From: a virus
DNA length: 18,144 nucleotides
IMG/VR virus record: IMGVR_UViG_3300045988_117973
Coordinates: 1 to 18,144 of that record
Direction: 5' to 3' (one strand)
Both the position numbers and the translations under genes were made by a program. The notes beneath the pieces were generated by a model. It saw nothing but the letters and a program-made list of their open reading frames with translations. It did no database searches and was not told the origin of the DNA. Shown here piece after piece: positions 1 to 6,735 of the stretch. Within the stretch, counting starts at the first letter, position 1, and each line of letters opens with the position of its first letter.

Positions 1-89
1 TAAAAGAATTGTCTAATGATGATTTATTGTTTGAATATGGATTTAGTTGTATTGAGGTTGACCGATTTAGACAACTTGCTAAAAAAGAT
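1..89. repeat. Left inverted terminal repeat (89 bp, perfect)
   Basis: Bases 1-89 are the exact reverse complement of 18056-18144, compared base by base. The first mismatch is at position 90 versus 18055. Terminal ITRs are typical of protein-primed linear phage genomes. Confidence 0.95.
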
Positions 90-200
90 ACATGTAAAAA
101 ATTAATTACTTTATTAGCGGATATTATATTTAATAAAGATGAGACTTATTTTAATGTGTTTACATCATTAAGAGGTAACAATCATGAGTCGAATATATAA
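9..200 (+). CDS. Hypothetical left-terminal early protein (63 aa); first 27 codons lie in the ITR
   Basis: Frame is open from TTG at 9 to TAA at 198-200 and overlaps the next gene, whose ATG at 184 has a good SD. There is no in-frame ATG and only 8 nt upstream of the start, so the start site and expression are doubtful. Confidence 0.35.
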   Translation: MSNDDLLFEYGFSCIEVDRFRQLAKKDTCKKLITLLADIIFNKDETYFNVFTSLRGNNHESNI

Positions 201-483
201 ACACAATCATTACCCAAGTGAGTTAACTATGGATAATATTAACCAAATTGTTGATATTATAGAGACGTATCTATGTGACTATAAACTAGGCTTTCATCTA
301 GTTTACCAGCGTAGACATTTAATTAGAATGGATATTCGCAAATTAAACTCAAAGAGCGTTATAGCCACATATTCATTTAGATATAACACTATGTCGTTGT
401 TTAAACGTAAGGTTTTTCAAGGTGTGGTATCACTTGATGATATGATTCAAGAAAATGAAAGACGAGGATATAGTTATGATTAG
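184..483 (+). CDS. Hypothetical early protein (99 aa)
   Basis: ATG at 184 is preceded by SD AAGAGGT (170-176). The ORF is tightly packed with its neighbours. No recognisable motif. Confidence 0.6.
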   Translation: MSRIYKHNHYPSELTMDNINQIVDIIETYLCDYKLGFHLVYQRRHLIRMDIRKLNSKSVIATYSFRYNTMSLFKRKVFQGVVSLDDMIQENERRGYSYD

Positions 484-691
484 TAATTTAATCCTTGCAA
501 GTTTTATATTTTGGGTGTTATTATCTGTATACCAAATATATCAGCATTGTAAAGGAAACTTTAAATATTATAAAGTGTCAAACAGATACATAAATTTCAT
601 TATATTATTAATCATAATGTTAGTTATGTGGTTTGTATTAATAAATATGCAAATTGATGAATTATTGGAGGTGCGACATGTAAAATGTTGA
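476..691 (+). CDS. Small early membrane protein, two predicted TM helices (71 aa from ATG 476; the track start at 455 is possible)
   Basis: Hydrophobic stretches ISNLILASFIFWVLLSVY and INFIILLIIMLVMWFVLI. ATG 476 has GAGGA 7 nt upstream and overlaps the stop of the upstream ORF. ATG 455 has no SD. Confidence 0.6.
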   Translation: MISNLILASFIFWVLLSVYQIYQHCKGNFKYYKVSNRYINFIILLIIMLVMWFVLINMQIDELLEVRHVKC

Positions 692-817
692 TGAGTTATG
701 ACTTCTCTATAAAAGCGTATAGGTTGTAAAATGGTGTTATGCTTAATCCAAAAATTAAACAACTGAAAATAATTTAATTAGAAAAGCACATTAAAAATTA
801 AAAGGAGAAAAATTAAT

Positions 818-1219
818 ATGGAAAATTTAACAAATGAAGTAGTAGCAATGGAAAACAATGGTTTAGTGGTGACTGACGACATGACTCACGAGCAACGTGT
901 AAATTTATTTAACGCCGTAAACAATGCGGAAGGTTTATCAGATCAAGTAGGTAAAGATTTATGGTTAACTGGTTATATTGTTCAAGACGTAGAAAAAGAA
1001 AATGAGAAAACAGGTGAGATCATTTGCTCAAAATTGATTACTGTAATTGATAAGGATGGAAAAGCCTATGCGACAAACTCAAAACCTTTCTTACAGTCAT
1101 TAAAGCAGTTAAAACAGGTATTTAACTACGATTGGACGAAAGAACCGGTATGTGTAACAATCATCCAGAAAAAATCAAACTCAAGCTCAAATAAATATTT
1201 AAGCATGGCTGTTAAATAG
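818..1219 (+). CDS. Early protein, candidate single-stranded DNA-binding protein (133 aa)
   Basis: Strong SD AAAGGAG before ATG 818. The size and the position just upstream of the terminal-protein and polymerase genes resemble phi29 gene 5. The functional call is by synteny and size only. Confidence 0.6.
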   Translation: MENLTNEVVAMENNGLVVTDDMTHEQRVNLFNAVNNAEGLSDQVGKDLWLTGYIVQDVEKENEKTGEIICSKLITVIDKDGKAYATNSKPFLQSLKQLKQVFNYDWTKEPVCVTIIQKKSNSSSNKYLSMAVK

Positions 1220-1230
1220 CCTAATAAAAT

Positions 1231-1261
1231 AAGGGTGTTAGCCAAACACCCTTTTATTTTT
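1231..1261 (+). terminator. Rho-independent terminator or attenuator after the SSB-like gene
   Basis: 9-bp stem AAGGGTGTT (1231-1239) pairs with AACACCCTT (1245-1253), loop AGCCA, followed by TTATTTTT. Confidence 0.8.
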
Positions 1262-1283
1262 GGCTTAAAAGGGGGTGTTTAAA

Positions 1284-2117
1284 TTGGCTAAAATGCGAAA
1301 AAGCACGAAAGATGTTAAGCGGTTAAGAAATGCTATAACAAGTGCTAAACGAACTGCTACAAAAGCGCAAAATTTAGGACAGGACGTTGTGTTTACAGAC
1401 ATTCGAACCATTAAAGATTTTAATGATCGTAAAGAATTCAATAAATACTTAAAATCAATTGAAAAATTCAATAAGGAAAATAGGTACATTGAAAATCAAT
1501 ATGGTGTTGTTTTTAATAGAAATGATCTTGAGAAAGCGAATAAATTAATAGATAAACAAAACCGACAAAGAAGAGGTCTAGCAAGAAGTGTTGGACTAAC
1601 AAAACTAAAAGAAACAAAAGGCGGTATAACTACAAATGTAAGTGTTAAACAGGCTCTATCTGTATTAAAAGATGATAGAGGAGGTTTTTTCACGCCAGTC
1701 CATCACGTTAATATTCAATCGTATAGATATCCTAAACAGCTAGATAATCGAATTGAAAGTTTAAAAGAAAACACGAAAAAGAAGTCAAAGAAAATTAGAA
1801 CGTTGAGAAAAAATTATAAAAAAGCAATATCCGAACAAATAGAAGGTATGAATATCACAGAAGAAGAAGGAAAACAAATATTAGAAGATATTAATTCTTT
1901 AAGTGATAGTGATTTAATTAAATGGTTTTACCAAGAAAGAAAAGCTATAAATACATTTAAGTATTTAGATCTAAGTCGTGAATATACAGAAAATCAAAAG
2001 TTTGTGAATGAACAATTAAGTAAAAGTATTCAGACTGATTTAAAAGATGTAAGAGATAGTTTAGCTGTATTTACTGGGCGTGCCTATGTTAGTGATGGTA
2101 TGGTCAAATATAAATAA
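1284..2117 (+). CDS. Candidate terminal protein (DNA-priming protein), about 277 aa, very basic
   Basis: Lies immediately upstream of the protein-primed DNA polymerase, as phi29 gene 3 does relative to gene 2, and is of similar size (phi29 TP is about 266 aa). The protein is Lys/Arg-rich. TTG 1284 sits 8 nt after the SD GGGGG (1271-1275). The track start GTG 1275 lies inside the SD. ATG 1293 is an alternative start. Confidence 0.7.
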   Translation: MAKMRKSTKDVKRLRNAITSAKRTATKAQNLGQDVVFTDIRTIKDFNDRKEFNKYLKSIEKFNKENRYIENQYGVVFNRNDLEKANKLIDKQNRQRRGLARSVGLTKLKETKGGITTNVSVKQALSVLKDDRGGFFTPVHHVNIQSYRYPKQLDNRIESLKENTKKKSKKIRTLRKNYKKAISEQIEGMNITEEEGKQILEDINSLSDSDLIKWFYQERKAINTFKYLDLSREYTENQKFVNEQLSKSIQTDLKDVRDSLAVFTGRAYVSDGMVKYK

Positions 2118-2135
2118 TCTAAAGGGGGTTGTAGT

Positions 2136-3962
2136 ATGGCAAAGAAAAAAGAGTCCAAAGAGATTTGGGCGTGCGATTTTGAAACTACAACCGACCCTTT
2201 AGATTGTCGCGTTTGGGCATGGGGTGCTAGTTTTGTTAGTGATTCAAGTATAAAAGAATATGGAAATAATATAGATGGTTTTATGGAATGGTGCAAACAG
2301 AAAACACGTAAATTGTATTTCCATAACCTTGCTTTTGATGGTGAGTTTATTGTGAGCTGGCTTTTAAACAACGGGTATGAATATTCAGAAAAGCCAAAAA
2401 CAGGCTGTTTTAAAACAATAATTTCGAATACAGGTTTGTGGTATTCCATTGAGATATGGTGGAAATATTCAATTTATCGCTCAACAAAAACGACTATATG
2501 GGATTCGTTTAAACTTATCCCTTTTAGTATTGAGAAGATCGCACATGATTTTAATTTACCAATACGAAAATTAAAACTAGATTATAAAACAAAACGTGAA
2601 ATAGGACACGAGTTAACACCACATGAAGTCGATTATTTATTTAATGATATTGATATTGAAGGTATGGCATTGAATGAATGTTTCAAACTAGGATTTAACA
2701 AAATGACAGCCACTAGTTGTAGTTTTGAAGCTTTCAAGAAAACTTTACCTATGTCATTTGAAAAGATATTCCCACCATTAGAAATGAATGTTGATACAGA
2801 TTTAAGACCTGCTTACAGTGGTGGTTTTGTTTGGGCAAACCCGGAACTAAAAGAGAAAGAAATAGGGCATGGTATAGTATTTGACGTAAATTCACTTTTT
2901 CCGAGTCGTATGTATTATGAGTTATTGCCGTATGATACGCCTATTTACTTTGAAGGTGAGTATCAACAGGATGATGAATATCCGTTATGGGTAGGCGTGA
3001 TTAGTTTTGCATTTGATATTAAAAAAGATCATATACCTTGTATTAGTTTAGATAAGTTCAGTCGATTTTTTGGTAGTAAAAAATATGTGGACAGCTCAAA
3101 CGGTGATATCGTTAGAATGACGGTTACGAGTGTGGATTGGCAGTTATTTAATGAACAATATGATATTTATGATGTTGAGTTCATTAATGGATATAAATTT
3201 AAGGGGTGTGTTGGCATCGCTAGACAGTTCATTGACGAGCAAATGGAAGTTAAGAAAAATTCCAAAGGTGCACAACGTTTCATTGCCAAGCGACAATTAA
3301 ATTCAGTGTATGGAAAATTTGCAACCAACCCAAATGTTACACCTAAAATTCCATTTATTGATAAAGATGATGGAGTGTTAAGGTTACACGATCCTATATT
3401 TACAACTTTTGAAAATGGTGAGGTTAAAGAGGTTATTGACGAACAATTCCGCGATCCTATATATTTACCGTACGGCGAGTTTGTTACTGCCTATGCACGT
3501 AAATATACAATATTTACCGCACAAAAGGTAGGTATTCATAGGGTTGCTTATATTGATACGGATTCTATCCATTTAGTGGGTACACAAGTTCCGGAAGCTA
3601 TAAAAGATATTATTGATGATAAAGAGCTTGGGTATTGGGGTCTAGAATCTATTTTTAACCGATCTTATTTTATTGGCGCTAAAAGTTATGTTGAAGAAAT
3701 TGAAATATCTTACAAAGATTATGTGGAACACCAGCAAGAATATATAAGTGAAAATGATTGCAAAGATAATTTATATTATATACGTGAAGGAGTATGTTAT
3801 TATTTAAATGTTAAGTGCGCTGGGATGACAGAAAGAGCAAAACAAAATGTAACATACGATAATTTCAGAGTTGGCAATGTTATTAATGACTGTTTAAAGA
3901 AAACACACGTACCCGGTGGTATTGTATTAGTCGATAGACAATTCAGTATTAAAAGTAGATAG
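2136..3962 (+). CDS. Family B protein-primed DNA polymerase (608 aa)
   Basis: Exo I DFETTT, Exo II HNLAFDGEF, Exo III YLFNDIDI. Motif A DVNSLFPS (phi29 DVNSLYPA), motif B KRQLNSVYGKFA (phi29 KLMLNSLYGKFA), motif C YIDTDSIH (phi29 YCDTDSIH), and KSY for the KxY motif. SD AAGGGGG precedes ATG 2136. Confidence 0.98.
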   Translation: MAKKKESKEIWACDFETTTDPLDCRVWAWGASFVSDSSIKEYGNNIDGFMEWCKQKTRKLYFHNLAFDGEFIVSWLLNNGYEYSEKPKTGCFKTIISNTGLWYSIEIWWKYSIYRSTKTTIWDSFKLIPFSIEKIAHDFNLPIRKLKLDYKTKREIGHELTPHEVDYLFNDIDIEGMALNECFKLGFNKMTATSCSFEAFKKTLPMSFEKIFPPLEMNVDTDLRPAYSGGFVWANPELKEKEIGHGIVFDVNSLFPSRMYYELLPYDTPIYFEGEYQQDDEYPLWVGVISFAFDIKKDHIPCISLDKFSRFFGSKKYVDSSNGDIVRMTVTSVDWQLFNEQYDIYDVEFINGYKFKGCVGIARQFIDEQMEVKKNSKGAQRFIAKRQLNSVYGKFATNPNVTPKIPFIDKDDGVLRLHDPIFTTFENGEVKEVIDEQFRDPIYLPYGEFVTAYARKYTIFTAQKVGIHRVAYIDTDSIHLVGTQVPEAIKDIIDDKELGYWGLESIFNRSYFIGAKSYVEEIEISYKDYVEHQQEYISENDCKDNLYYIREGVCYYLNVKCAGMTERAKQNVTYDNFRVGNVINDCLKKTHVPGGIVLVDRQFSIKSR

Positions 3963-3974
3963 GAAGGTGATAAA

Positions 3975-4103
3975 GTGATAAGTGTTTTAACAAATATATT
4001 GTATTATTTATTTATGGCATTTTGCTGTTTAAGTGTAACATTTCTATTTTTCGTGTATATTATAGGAATGGCATTAATGATTATTTGGATTATAAAGGAG
4101 TAG
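3975..4103 (+). CDS. Unlisted small hydrophobic protein (42 aa, GTG start)
   Basis: SD GGAAGGTGA (3962-3970) lies 4 nt before GTG 3975. Translation is VISVLTNILYYLFMAFCCLSVTFLFFVYIIGMALMIIWIIKE. It exactly fills the gap between the polymerase stop and the next gene, and its 3' end carries that gene's SD. It falls below the ORF-track length cutoff. Confidence 0.45.
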   Translation: MISVLTNILYYLFMAFCCLSVTFLFFVYIIGMALMIIWIIKE

Positions 4104-4106
4104 AAA

Positions 4107-4562
4107 ATGGATTTTATGTTTTTAATGATATTAATGTGTATTATTATGTTAGCAGTTTTTTGTTTTATTATATATTGTAAATATAAGTTATTGATTGATA
4201 ATTATAAATTCTTAAATAAGGAAATTGATAGTTTAAGTTATGAAGTTTATCATCGTGATAATGCAATATTTAAAAAGTGTGATAAGACTCTAAAAGAATT
4301 TAATGAGATCATGTTTGGAAATCCACCACTCAAAAATAAGGTGGTGGTTGTGAGAAGTATAAAAGATTATGATTATACAGCCTATCGAAAAGATATTAAT
4401 ATGTTAAACCAATATTTGGAAAATGGTTGGAGTATCGTTAATCATGAAACGAATGAGTTTGTACATACTTATATATTAGGTAAACCGTTGGCTTGGTATA
4501 ATGAAGAAGAAAAAGAAGGTGATGAAAATGATGGGCGAAAAATCGAGACAGAATCGAAATAA
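4107..4562 (+). CDS. Membrane-anchored early protein (151 aa), N-terminal TM helix plus soluble domain and acidic tail
   Basis: SD AAGGAG (4095-4100) precedes ATG 4107. The N-terminus FMFLMILMCIIMLAVFCFIIY is a signal-anchor-like TM helix. No catalytic motif seen. Confidence 0.8.
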   Translation: MDFMFLMILMCIIMLAVFCFIIYCKYKLLIDNYKFLNKEIDSLSYEVYHRDNAIFKKCDKTLKEFNEIMFGNPPLKNKVVVVRSIKDYDYTAYRKDINMLNQYLENGWSIVNHETNEFVHTYILGKPLAWYNEEEKEGDENDGRKIETESK

Positions 4563-4713
4563 ATGGTATCGAGATCACGTTAATAAGTATTGTGTTTGCG
4601 TTAATAAAAATGAAGTTGAAGTTGTTGGTTATATTGAATGTTTATTGAAAGATAAAAAGTTTAGCCAGTATGTTAAAGATAAAGTTAAAGAAGATTTGGC
4701 AAAAAGTAAATAA
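4528..4713 (+). CDS. Small basic protein with a ribbon-helix-helix-like pattern (about 61 aa); candidate transcriptional regulator
   Basis: SD AAGAAGGTGA (4513-4522) precedes ATG 4528 and 4531. The track start at 4501 lies upstream of the SD. Pattern: basic N-terminus, beta-like YCVCVNK, helix VEVVGYIECL, turn, helix FSQYVKDKVKEDL. It is the last gene before the early/late intergenic island. Confidence 0.6.
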   Translation: MMGEKSRQNRNKWYRDHVNKYCVCVNKNEVEVVGYIECLLKDKKFSQYVKDKVKEDLAKSK

Positions 4714-4724
4714 CATGCTAATAT
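4696..4724 (+). promoter_or_regulatory. Sigma-A-like promoter (TTGGCA - 17 nt - TAATAT) facing the non-coding island
   Basis: -35 TTGGCA at 4696-4701, a 17-nt spacer, and -10 TAATAT at 4719-4724. It overlaps the last codons of the upstream CDS. Confidence 0.45.
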
Positions 4725-4730
4725 ATAAAC

Positions 4731-4887
4731 GTAAGGAATAAAGAACGGAAATCAGACATGTATACCGGGTTTACTTACGGTGAAACGTACCGGTAGCATA
4801 TATAGGAATAGTAAACTAGCTGGTAACACTTTAAACTTTACAACCTATATTTATGAAACCCTCATAAAAGAGGGTTTTATTTTTATT
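4731..4887 (+). ncRNA. Candidate structured non-coding RNA (about 155 nt; pRNA-like or regulatory), ends approximate
   Basis: No ORF longer than 12 codons and no SD. It is bounded by the promoter at 4696-4724 and the terminator at 4855-4887. Helix 4758-4768 pairs with 4790-4799 (core TACCGG/CCGGTA). Helix 4800-4806 pairs with 4844-4850, and 4811-4815 with 4837-4841. There is a 7-nt perfect complementarity between GTTTACT (4769-4775) and AGTAAAC (4810-4816). Confidence 0.45.
4855..4887 (+). terminator. Rho-independent terminator
   Basis: Stem AAACCCTC (4856-4863) pairs with GAGGGTTT (4870-4877), loop ATAAAA, followed by TATTTTTATT. Confidence 0.85.
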
Positions 4888-4914
4888 GACTTTATAATAT
4901 TAATAGAATATATT
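4886..4914 (+). promoter_or_regulatory. Likely late-operon promoter (TTGACT - 17 nt - TATATT)
   Basis: -35 TTGACT at 4886-4891, a 17-nt spacer, and -10 TATATT at 4909-4914, about 25 nt upstream of the scaffold gene start. Confidence 0.55.
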
Positions 4915-4938
4915 AGTAAATAGAAGGGATGTGTAAAA

Positions 4939-5214
4939 ATGGAACGTGATGAACTTAGAAATAAGTTTACTGAAGTGTTAACGGTTGAAGATCAAGCGGA
5001 ACGTTCAACTATGTTGAATGACATGCGAGCTGAAGTTGAAAAAACTTATACAGAATTAGACAATTTGAAAGCCGAAAACACGAAATTAGTTGAAAAGAAT
5101 ACTTCTTTAACAGAAGCAAATTCTAAACTATTTATGCAAATTGGTGTTGAAAAATCCGGTGGTGAAAAGCCGAAACATGATGCGCCAATGGACTTAAGAA
5201 AATTAGGTATTTAA
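4939..5214 (+). CDS. Scaffolding protein candidate (91 aa, acidic coiled-coil)
   Basis: Directly precedes the major capsid gene, as phi29 gene 7 does (about 98 aa). Helical, heptad-like acidic sequence (TELDNLKAENTKLVEKNTSLTEANSKL). Confidence 0.75.
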   Translation: MERDELRNKFTEVLTVEDQAERSTMLNDMRAEVEKTYTELDNLKAENTKLVEKNTSLTEANSKLFMQIGVEKSGGEKPKHDAPMDLRKLGI

Positions 5215-5232
5215 TGAAAGAGGTGATTATGT

Positions 5233-6582
5233 ATGGGAAAAACAACAGGAAAAGACGTAACTAAAACGTTACAGAATGATTTAGGAATGGACCACGAACC
5301 AACCGGGCAAGAAGTTGCCAGTGCTATGTATGCAATGAGTTCAAGTAACTTTAGGAGTACGATTGGAGATCCAAACGAAACAAGTTCTTTAGAGTTTATG
5401 AACGGTTTGTTGGAATATCCAGATACTTTAGGTGTTGAGTTTATGAATTTAGCAACACGTATCGGTAAAGTGATTGCACACCGAAATATTTTAACAAACA
5501 AGTTAGCCCCATTTAAAATGGAAAATATGCCACTTGGTTATACTATGGAAGAGTATTTTGTTGAATGCGCTAAAGAGCATGAATACAATCAAGCGGACGC
5601 GGAGAATACATTATTTAAGCGTAGTTTACCGGATATTAAAACAGCTTTCTACGTAGTAAACAGAAAGTCATATTATCCAGCAACTATTACAGATGATGAT
5701 TTGCGTAAGTATTTTGTTACTTGGGATGGTGTAAATAGTTTGATCGCTCGAATCGTTGACTCTATGTATAATGGTGATAACAAAGATGATTATAACTATA
5801 TGAAATCCGCTTTAGTTACTCACTACGAAAACGGACATATGAAGATCGTAAATACAAGTGCTGTTACAGATACAGATACAGCGAAAGAATTAGCGCGTAA
5901 AATTACAGAATACGTTTCATACTTGACTGAGCCAACAAACGAATATAACGCTATGGCAGTCACAAAACAAAATGACTATGAAGATATTTACGTCATTTTA
6001 AACGGTAAAACCAACAGCTACTTAAACATTGATTGGTTAGCTCAAACATTCCAATTAGAGTTTGCTCAATTTAAAACTCATGTATTGGTATTACCGACTT
6101 TACCAAGTACGGCACAAGGTACTATTGAGGCAATTGTGTGTGACTCAGAAATTTATCGTGTGTTTGACCAAAAGTATAGTGTAGGTGTTGCTTACAATGC
6201 TAAAGGCTTATACTGGAATTATTTCTTACATCACTGGGAAGGTATCGCAACAAGTCGATTTGCAAACGCAATTGCTTTTGTTTCCGGTGATGTTGATGAA
6301 AAAGTTACAGCGATTTACTCAAATCCTCAAGTTGTGGAAGTTCGTAAAGGTGCGACTATTACCGTACCATTTACAGTTCAAACTAGCGGTTTAAATGCTA
6401 AGTATAGTTTAACAGCTACTTCAAGTGTTGAAGATAAAGTTAGAGTTACAATCGAAAGTGATTTGAAACACGTTAAGATTGAAGGTTTAGACGCTATTGA
6501 CACGGAAGGTTTAGCAACTGTAACAATCAGAGATACAATTTCTAATGTAACTTGTGATGTTAAGGTTGTTTATAACGTATAG
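5233..6582 (+). CDS. Major capsid protein, phi29 gp8-like, with a C-terminal Ig-like (BIG2-type) domain (449 aa)
   Basis: The block GLYWNYFLHHWEGIATSRFANAIAFVSGDV matches recalled phi29 gp8 [30 protein letters not shown]. The size matches (448 aa in phi29). SD AAAGAGGTGA lies 6 nt before ATG 5233. Confidence 0.96.
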   Translation: MGKTTGKDVTKTLQNDLGMDHEPTGQEVASAMYAMSSSNFRSTIGDPNETSSLEFMNGLLEYPDTLGVEFMNLATRIGKVIAHRNILTNKLAPFKMENMPLGYTMEEYFVECAKEHEYNQADAENTLFKRSLPDIKTAFYVVNRKSYYPATITDDDLRKYFVTWDGVNSLIARIVDSMYNGDNKDDYNYMKSALVTHYENGHMKIVNTSAVTDTDTAKELARKITEYVSYLTEPTNEYNAMAVTKQNDYEDIYVILNGKTNSYLNIDWLAQTFQLEFAQFKTHVLVLPTLPSTAQGTIEAIVCDSEIYRVFDQKYSVGVAYNAKGLYWNYFLHHWEGIATSRFANAIAFVSGDVDEKVTAIYSNPQVVEVRKGATITVPFTVQTSGLNAKYSLTATSSVEDKVRVTIESDLKHVKIEGLDAIDTEGLATVTIRDTISNVTCDVKVVYNV

Positions 6583-6594
6583 TTATGTTATAAT
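6566..6594 (+). promoter_or_regulatory. Promoter-like element with an extended -10 (TTGTTT - 17 nt - TGtTATAAT) spanning the capsid stop codon
   Basis: -35 TTGTTT at 6566-6571, TG at 6586-6587, and a perfect TATAAT at 6589-6594. A few such matches are expected by chance in an AT-rich 18-kb genome. Confidence 0.3.
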
Positions 6595-6656
6595 ATCGGT
6601 GTCATGAGTAGGACATGGCGCCCCTCCTTTCTATTATTTAGGTGAATACAAGCGAG

Positions 6657-6695
6657 AAAAAGAGTTATTAAGTTAACTCTTTTTCTTTTATTTTT
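6657..6695 (+). terminator. Rho-independent terminator after the capsid gene
   Basis: 11-bp stem AAAAAGAGTTA (6657-6667) pairs with TAACTCTTTTT (6674-6684), followed by CTTTTATTTTTATTT. Confidence 0.85.
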
Positions 6696-6735
6696 ATTTA
6701 AATTGTATTAGTATGTAGTTGAAGGTGGTGAGATC

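Noticed and set aside
27-130. Promoter candidates inside or just beyond the ITR (for example TTGTTT at 27-32 with TATTGA at 50-55; TTGACC at 58-63; TTGCTA at 76-81; TATATT at 125-130)
   Set aside because: None combines an acceptable -35, a 16-18-nt spacer and a -10 with at least 4-5 of 6 matches. These are too weak to call in an AT-rich sequence.
692-817. Intergenic region upstream of the SSB-like gene as a promoter or origin (TTGATG-14 nt-TATAAA; TGtTATGCT at 735-743; A-tracts)
   Set aside because: The spacer is too short for the first candidate and the second has a poor -10. The A-tracts are not helically phased. A promoter is likely somewhere here but cannot be placed with confidence.
1265-2449. 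Minus-strand ORFs 1265-1489, 1496-1693 and 2084-2449, antisense to the terminal-protein and polymerase genes
   Set aside because: They lie antisense to CDSs with clear motifs or strong RBSs. The translations are hydrophobic or low-complexity without RBSs. The same reasoning applies to the minus-strand track ORFs at 568-762, 5211-5501, 8083-8298, 8515-8724, 8648-8860, 9857-10138, 10912-11097, 11118-11381, 13925-14131, 14334-14528 and 16913-17173.
4731-4887. Possible tRNA in the early/late intergenic island
   Set aside because: There is no cloverleaf with a GTTCRANYC-type T-loop or a 7-bp acceptor stem. The helices found do not fit tRNA geometry.
6185-6394. 69-aa alternative-frame ORF inside the capsid gene (and, similarly, 15015-15212 inside the lower-collar gene)
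   Set aside because: It is nested in strongly supported CDSs whose frames carry the recognisable homology. There are no RBSs.
6602-6631. Minus-strand perfect SD (AAAGGAGGGG) followed by an ATG and a 4-codon ORF (MSYS)
   Set aside because: The ORF is too short to be meaningful and lies in a + strand transcription unit. The motif is better read as a + strand anti-SD-like tract, which is reported as a finding.
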